From the NCBI GenBank assembly GCA_965662235.1, contig CBFIGY010000035.1:1-30828 (forward strand): a stretch of 30,828 nucleotides of DNA, read 5' to 3'. The notes beneath the pieces are model-generated. The model worked only from the letters and a program-made list of their open reading frames with translations. It did not search any database and was not told where the DNA came from. The DNA is from an uncultured bacterium (GTDB lineage Bacteria; SAR324; NAC60-12). Position numbers and translations under genes: made by a program. Positions 27,433 to 30,828 of the stretch are shown piece by piece (position 1 is the first letter of the stretch; each line of letters opens with the position of its first letter).

Positions 27433-28797
27433 ATGACGAACCCTTCCGCAGCCTCACCTTCTGCGGCTCCGGCTCCTCTGGCAAAGCAGCGCTTCCGGGA
27501 GGCTGAGTTTGACAACATCCTGATGTGTGTTCACTGTGGCCTTTGCCTAGACAGCTGCCCCACCTACCGCGAACTGGGAGACGAGAAGGACTCACCACGG
27601 GGGCGACTGTACCTCATGCGTGGGGTTTGGGAGGGGGAACTGGACCTGACTCAAGACGTCATCGACCCGCTGAGCCGGTGCCTCGACTGCCGCGCCTGCG
27701 AGACCGCCTGCCCGTCTGGGGTGCCTTATGGTGAGCTGCTGGAAAAGGCTCGAGGAGTGATTCATGAAACCCAACCTCAGAGTTTCAAGGAAAAAACCCT
27801 CCGGACGCTTCTCCTCAAGGGACTGTTTCGGTCGACCGCGTTACTGACGCTTGCCAGCAAACTCCTGAAGGTTTACGCCTGGACTCGCCTCCCGCAGCTC
27901 ATCACGCATCCGCAGGTGAGTCGGTTCTTCCCCAAGTCCTTCGTTTTTCAGCAGCACCTTCTGCCGGATTGCTCCGGACGCTCCTTCAAGCAGACGTACG
28001 CGGATCAGCAGCTGCAGCCTCAGGGCGTGGAGGAGCCTCTGGGCAAGGTGGGGCTCTTCTCCGGATGCATCATGGATGTCTCAGAGGCGGCCGTCCACGA
28101 GTCCACACGCCGGCTGCTGCAGGCCGTGGGGTACACGGTGGTCGTGCCTGCGCAACAGGGCTGCTGCGGCGCCTTGCACGTGCACAGCGGCGACCGTGAC
28201 ACCGCCCGGAAGCTGGCCCTGAAGAACCTAGATGCATTTGAAGGACACAAGCTGGATGCCCTGGTGACCAATGCGGCCGGATGCAGTGCGCAGCTCCGTG
28301 AATACCATCACCTCTTTCCCCAAAGTGACCCTTCTCACCTGCGCAACTGGGACGCCATTGAGGGCCGTGTGGTGGACATCCTTGAGTTCCTGTCGCAGCA
28401 TCCGGAACAGCTCAAGCGCCTCCGCTGGAAAACCGAAGAAGAGGTCGTGCTCTATGACGCCCCCTGTCACCTCATGCACGCTCAGAAGGTGGACGCCAAC
28501 CCCCGGGCTCTGCTCAACAGCCTCCCTGGCGTCACCCTGGTTCCTTTGACGGAATCGAACTGGTGCTGTGGCTCAGCGGGCATCTACAACCTCATTCAGC
28601 CAGAGCTGTCTCACGCCATCCTTCAACGCAAGATCGACTCGGTCCGTGAGACGCTTCAGGCGCATCCCGGTGCCCTCACAATTGTCACCGGGAACCCAGG
28701 GTGCCTCTACCAGATTCGGGCGGGCTTAAAGGCCGAAGGCCTCCCCCTCCGGATCCTGCACCCAGCGGTTTACCTAGCTGAACGTCTGTTGGACTAA
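27433..28797 (+). CDS. glcF: Glycolate oxidase Fe-S subunit GlcF
   Basis: CVHCGLCLDSCPTY, DSPRGR, CLDCRACETACPSGV.YG, GCCGALH.HSG, NAAGC, PCHL.HAQ, CCGSAGIYN, NPGC..QI. Confidence 0.9.
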   Translation: MTNPSAASPSAAPAPLAKQRFREAEFDNILMCVHCGLCLDSCPTYRELGDEKDSPRGRLYLMRGVWEGELDLTQDVIDPLSRCLDCRACETACPSGVPYGELLEKARGVIHETQPQSFKEKTLRTLLLKGLFRSTALLTLASKLLKVYAWTRLPQLITHPQVSRFFPKSFVFQQHLLPDCSGRSFKQTYADQQLQPQGVEEPLGKVGLFSGCIMDVSEAAVHESTRRLLQAVGYTVVVPAQQGCCGALHVHSGDRDTARKLALKNLDAFEGHKLDALVTNAAGCSAQLREYHHLFPQSDPSHLRNWDAIEGRVVDILEFLSQHPEQLKRLRWKTEEEVVLYDAPCHLMHAQKVDANPRALLNSLPGVTLVPLTESNWCCGSAGIYNLIQPELSHAILQRKIDSVRETLQAHPGALTIVTGNPGCLYQIRAGLKAEGLPLRILHPAVYLAERLLD

Positions 28798-28830
28798 TCC
28801 GCCTGTGCCTCTTCCTCAATAAGGAGTCCC

Positions 28831-30828
28831 TTGAAACTCAACAAGAAAAACGTCCTGGCCCTCATGGAGGCTCACGGGGGCTTGCTCAGTGCCAAGCAGC
28901 TGCGAGGTCTCTTGGGACTGAGCAAGGCCGACACCTCCAAACTGAAGGCCTGGCTGCACAAGCAGGTCAAGCGTGGGTCAATGATTCAGCAGGGATCACG
29001 CTACGGCAGCGCCCGTCTGCTCACCCGAGCAGAGCTGAAGCCAGAGTCCTCCAAAAGGAAGCATGTGGACCCAACCCTTGAGCGTGGCAAGCCTCTGCGC
29101 GGTCTGGCACAGTCCGGAATGCCTTCTTCCAGAAAGGGACGGCTCACTGGGGTGTTCATCCGCAACCCCCGTGGATTTGGCTTCATTGCCACCGGAGACG
29201 GACAGGAGGATGTATTTGTCGGTGAGCGAGATCAGCTCAACGCCATGGATGGGGACAAGGTGGAATTTGAGCTGTCTCAAGCTCGAGGCGCCCGGGGCAA
29301 ACGCAAGGGACGCATCGTCCGGGTGGTCGAGCGCAGCAACTCACGGCTCCTTGCCACCCTGCACCGTCGCAAGTCAACGGTCACTGCGGTGCCCATCAAC
29401 TCCAACCTCAGCTTTGGCACCCTGCTCATCCGGCCCGAACACGACCTGCCTGAAGCCCAGCATGGGAGCCTGGTGGAGGTGGAGCTGATTCCTGAGGAAG
29501 AAGGCTGGCGAGGTGGAAACGTCAACCGTCCGCTGGCACGCCTCATTCGATCCATGGAGGGGATTTCGGTCAATGAGCTTGCCTTCGACCGCATTCTCCA
29601 GGAGAACCAGATTCGGCATGAGTACCCCGAGGCGGCAGTGGCACACGCGGAAGCCTTTCCCACACGGGTGGTCCATGACGCGACTTCCGGACGCGTGGAT
29701 CAGCGGCACCTTGGATACGTCACCATCGACGGGAAAACCGCTCGGGACTTTGACGATGCCGTCTATGCTGAGAAGCATCCGGACGGCTCATGGACGCTCT
29801 ATGTCGCCATTGCCGATGTGGCCCACTACGTCCGTCCTGGAGATGCTGTGGATGCTGAGGCCTATGCCCGGGCCACCAGCGTTTACTTTCCCACTCACGC
29901 GATCCCGATGCTTCCGGAGGCACTTTCCAACAACCTCTGCAGCCTTCGGCCTCAGGTGAACCGGTTTGCGGTGACGTGCGAAATGCACCTCGACCCCAGC
30001 GGCGCCCGGACCCGCCACCGCATCTATGAAAGCCTGATCCGCAGTGCCGGACGCCTGACCTACGACGACGTGGAGGACGTGCTGCAGGGCCGAACCTCAA
30101 CCATCCGCAAACCGGAGATCCTGGCGCGCCTCAAGGAGATGAATGAGCTGGCCAAGATCCTTTCGCAACGCCGTGAAACGCGCGGGGCCATTCAGTTTAC
30201 CTTTGCCGAAGAAACCGTTGAGTTTGATGCCGAAAACCGCATGACGGGCATGGGTCGCCGTTTCCAAAGTGATGCCATGAAGCTGATTGAGCAGTTCATG
30301 CTGGAGGCCAACGAAACCGTGGCCCGGCACTGCGTGGACCACAAGCTTCCGGCCCTTTACCGCGTTCATGAGCGTCCGGACTTCAAGAAGCTTTCTCGGC
30401 TACAACAAACCTTCTGGCGCTTCGGGGTGAAGACACCAATGTCGCGACTGCATGAGCCTCAGGGCTTCAATGAAGTGTTTCAGCAGATTGAGGAGTACCC
30501 CAACCGGGATCAGTTGCAGGTCCTGCTGCTCCGCTGCATGGCTCTTGCGGTCTACCAGCCCGGAAACCTGGGGCACTTTGGACTCGCCGCCGAGTACTAC
30601 TGCCACTTCACCTCCCCCATTCGGCGTTACCCAGACCTGACCGTGCACCGGGCACTCAAGCAGTGGCTGGCAGCCGAACGAGACGCTGAGCCTCAAAAAG
30701 CAAAGAAGCGGATCAAGGACGCCCTTCCAACGGTTGATGAAGCCCTTGGGGAGCACTGCTCCATTCAGGAACGTCGGGCGGAGAAGGCGGAGCAGCAGAG
30801 TGTGGATCTGATGAAGGTTGCCTTCCTG
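28831..30828 (+). CDS. rnr: Ribonuclease R, truncated by the window end
   Basis: Absent from the ORF track because it has no stop. TTG 28831 after AAGGAG: MKLNKKNVLALM...(HTH), NPRGFGFI...DVFV....AMDGDKV (cold-shock domain), TIDGKTARDFDDAV, SVYFP..AIPMLP..LSN.LCSL.P, LIEQFMLEANE, HFGLA..YYCHFTSPIRRYPDL.VHR. Confidence 0.95.
   Translation, partial: MKLNKKNVLALMEAHGGLLSAKQLRGLLGLSKADTSKLKAWLHKQVKRGSMIQQGSRYGSARLLTRAELKPESSKRKHVDPTLERGKPLRGLAQSGMPSSRKGRLTGVFIRNPRGFGFIATGDGQEDVFVGERDQLNAMDGDKVEFELSQARGARGKRKGRIVRVVERSNSRLLATLHRRKSTVTAVPINSNLSFGTLLIRPEHDLPEAQHGSLVEVELIPEEEGWRGGNVNRPLARLIRSMEGISVNELAFDRILQENQIRHEYPEAAVAHAEAFPTRVVHDATSGRVDQRHLGYVTIDGKTARDFDDAVYAEKHPDGSWTLYVAIADVAHYVRPGDAVDAEAYARATSVYFPTHAIPMLPEALSNNLCSLRPQVNRFAVTCEMHLDPSGARTRHRIYESLIRSAGRLTYDDVEDVLQGRTSTIRKPEILARLKEMNELAKILSQRRETRGAIQFTFAEETVEFDAENRMTGMGRRFQSDAMKLIEQFMLEANETVARHCVDHKLPALYRVHERPDFKKLSRLQQTFWRFGVKTPMSRLHEPQGFNEVFQQIEEYPNRDQLQVLLLRCMALAVYQPGNLGHFGLAAEYYCHFTSPIRRYPDLTVHRALKQWLAAERDAEPQKAKKRIKDALPTVDEALGEHCSIQERRAEKAEQQSVDLMKVAFL

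Noticed and set aside
1..30828. CRISPR array, insertion sequence, prophage, tRNA/rRNA, frameshifted or selenoprotein genes
   Set aside because: No spaced direct repeats, terminal repeats, mobile-element genes, RNA-gene signatures or interrupted reading frames were seen. All recognised genes appear full length apart from the two cut by the window edges.

Overview
A 30.8-kb, roughly 60% GC bacterial chromosomal segment, densely coding and mostly on the + strand. The gene content looks deltaproteobacterial or SAR324-like, but that taxonomy is inference only. I found no rRNA, tRNA, CRISPR array, transposase or integrase. From left to right: the 5' end of a probable dnaA (minus strand, running off the window) beside an AT-rich spacer with a perfect IHF consensus; a HutZ/HugZ-like protein; two secreted proteins (OmpL47/Ig-repeat and FlgO-like+FGE); a lone fliN; a four-gene minus-strand unit (AEC transporter, solitary lutA-like gene, His-rich membrane protein, hypothetical); an RND adaptor and permease; a DMT transporter; an alanine-glyoxylate-type aminotransferase next to an XPB-like helicase; a 5'-nucleotidase with a structured 5' leader; fcl-gmd; doeC-doeD; hyi-glcDEF; and rnr running off the right end. 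The most unusual signals are not genes. (1) The palindrome TCCGGA occurs about 70 times by hand count against about 10 expected, in all three codon phases, like a highly iterated palindrome. (2) Almost every CTAG sits in CCTAG/CTAGG, the expected scar of 5mC deamination at CCWGG. (3) A candidate four-way-junction RNA lies between a clean sigma70 promoter and the 5'-nucleotidase start. All counts were done by eye and need computational confirmation.
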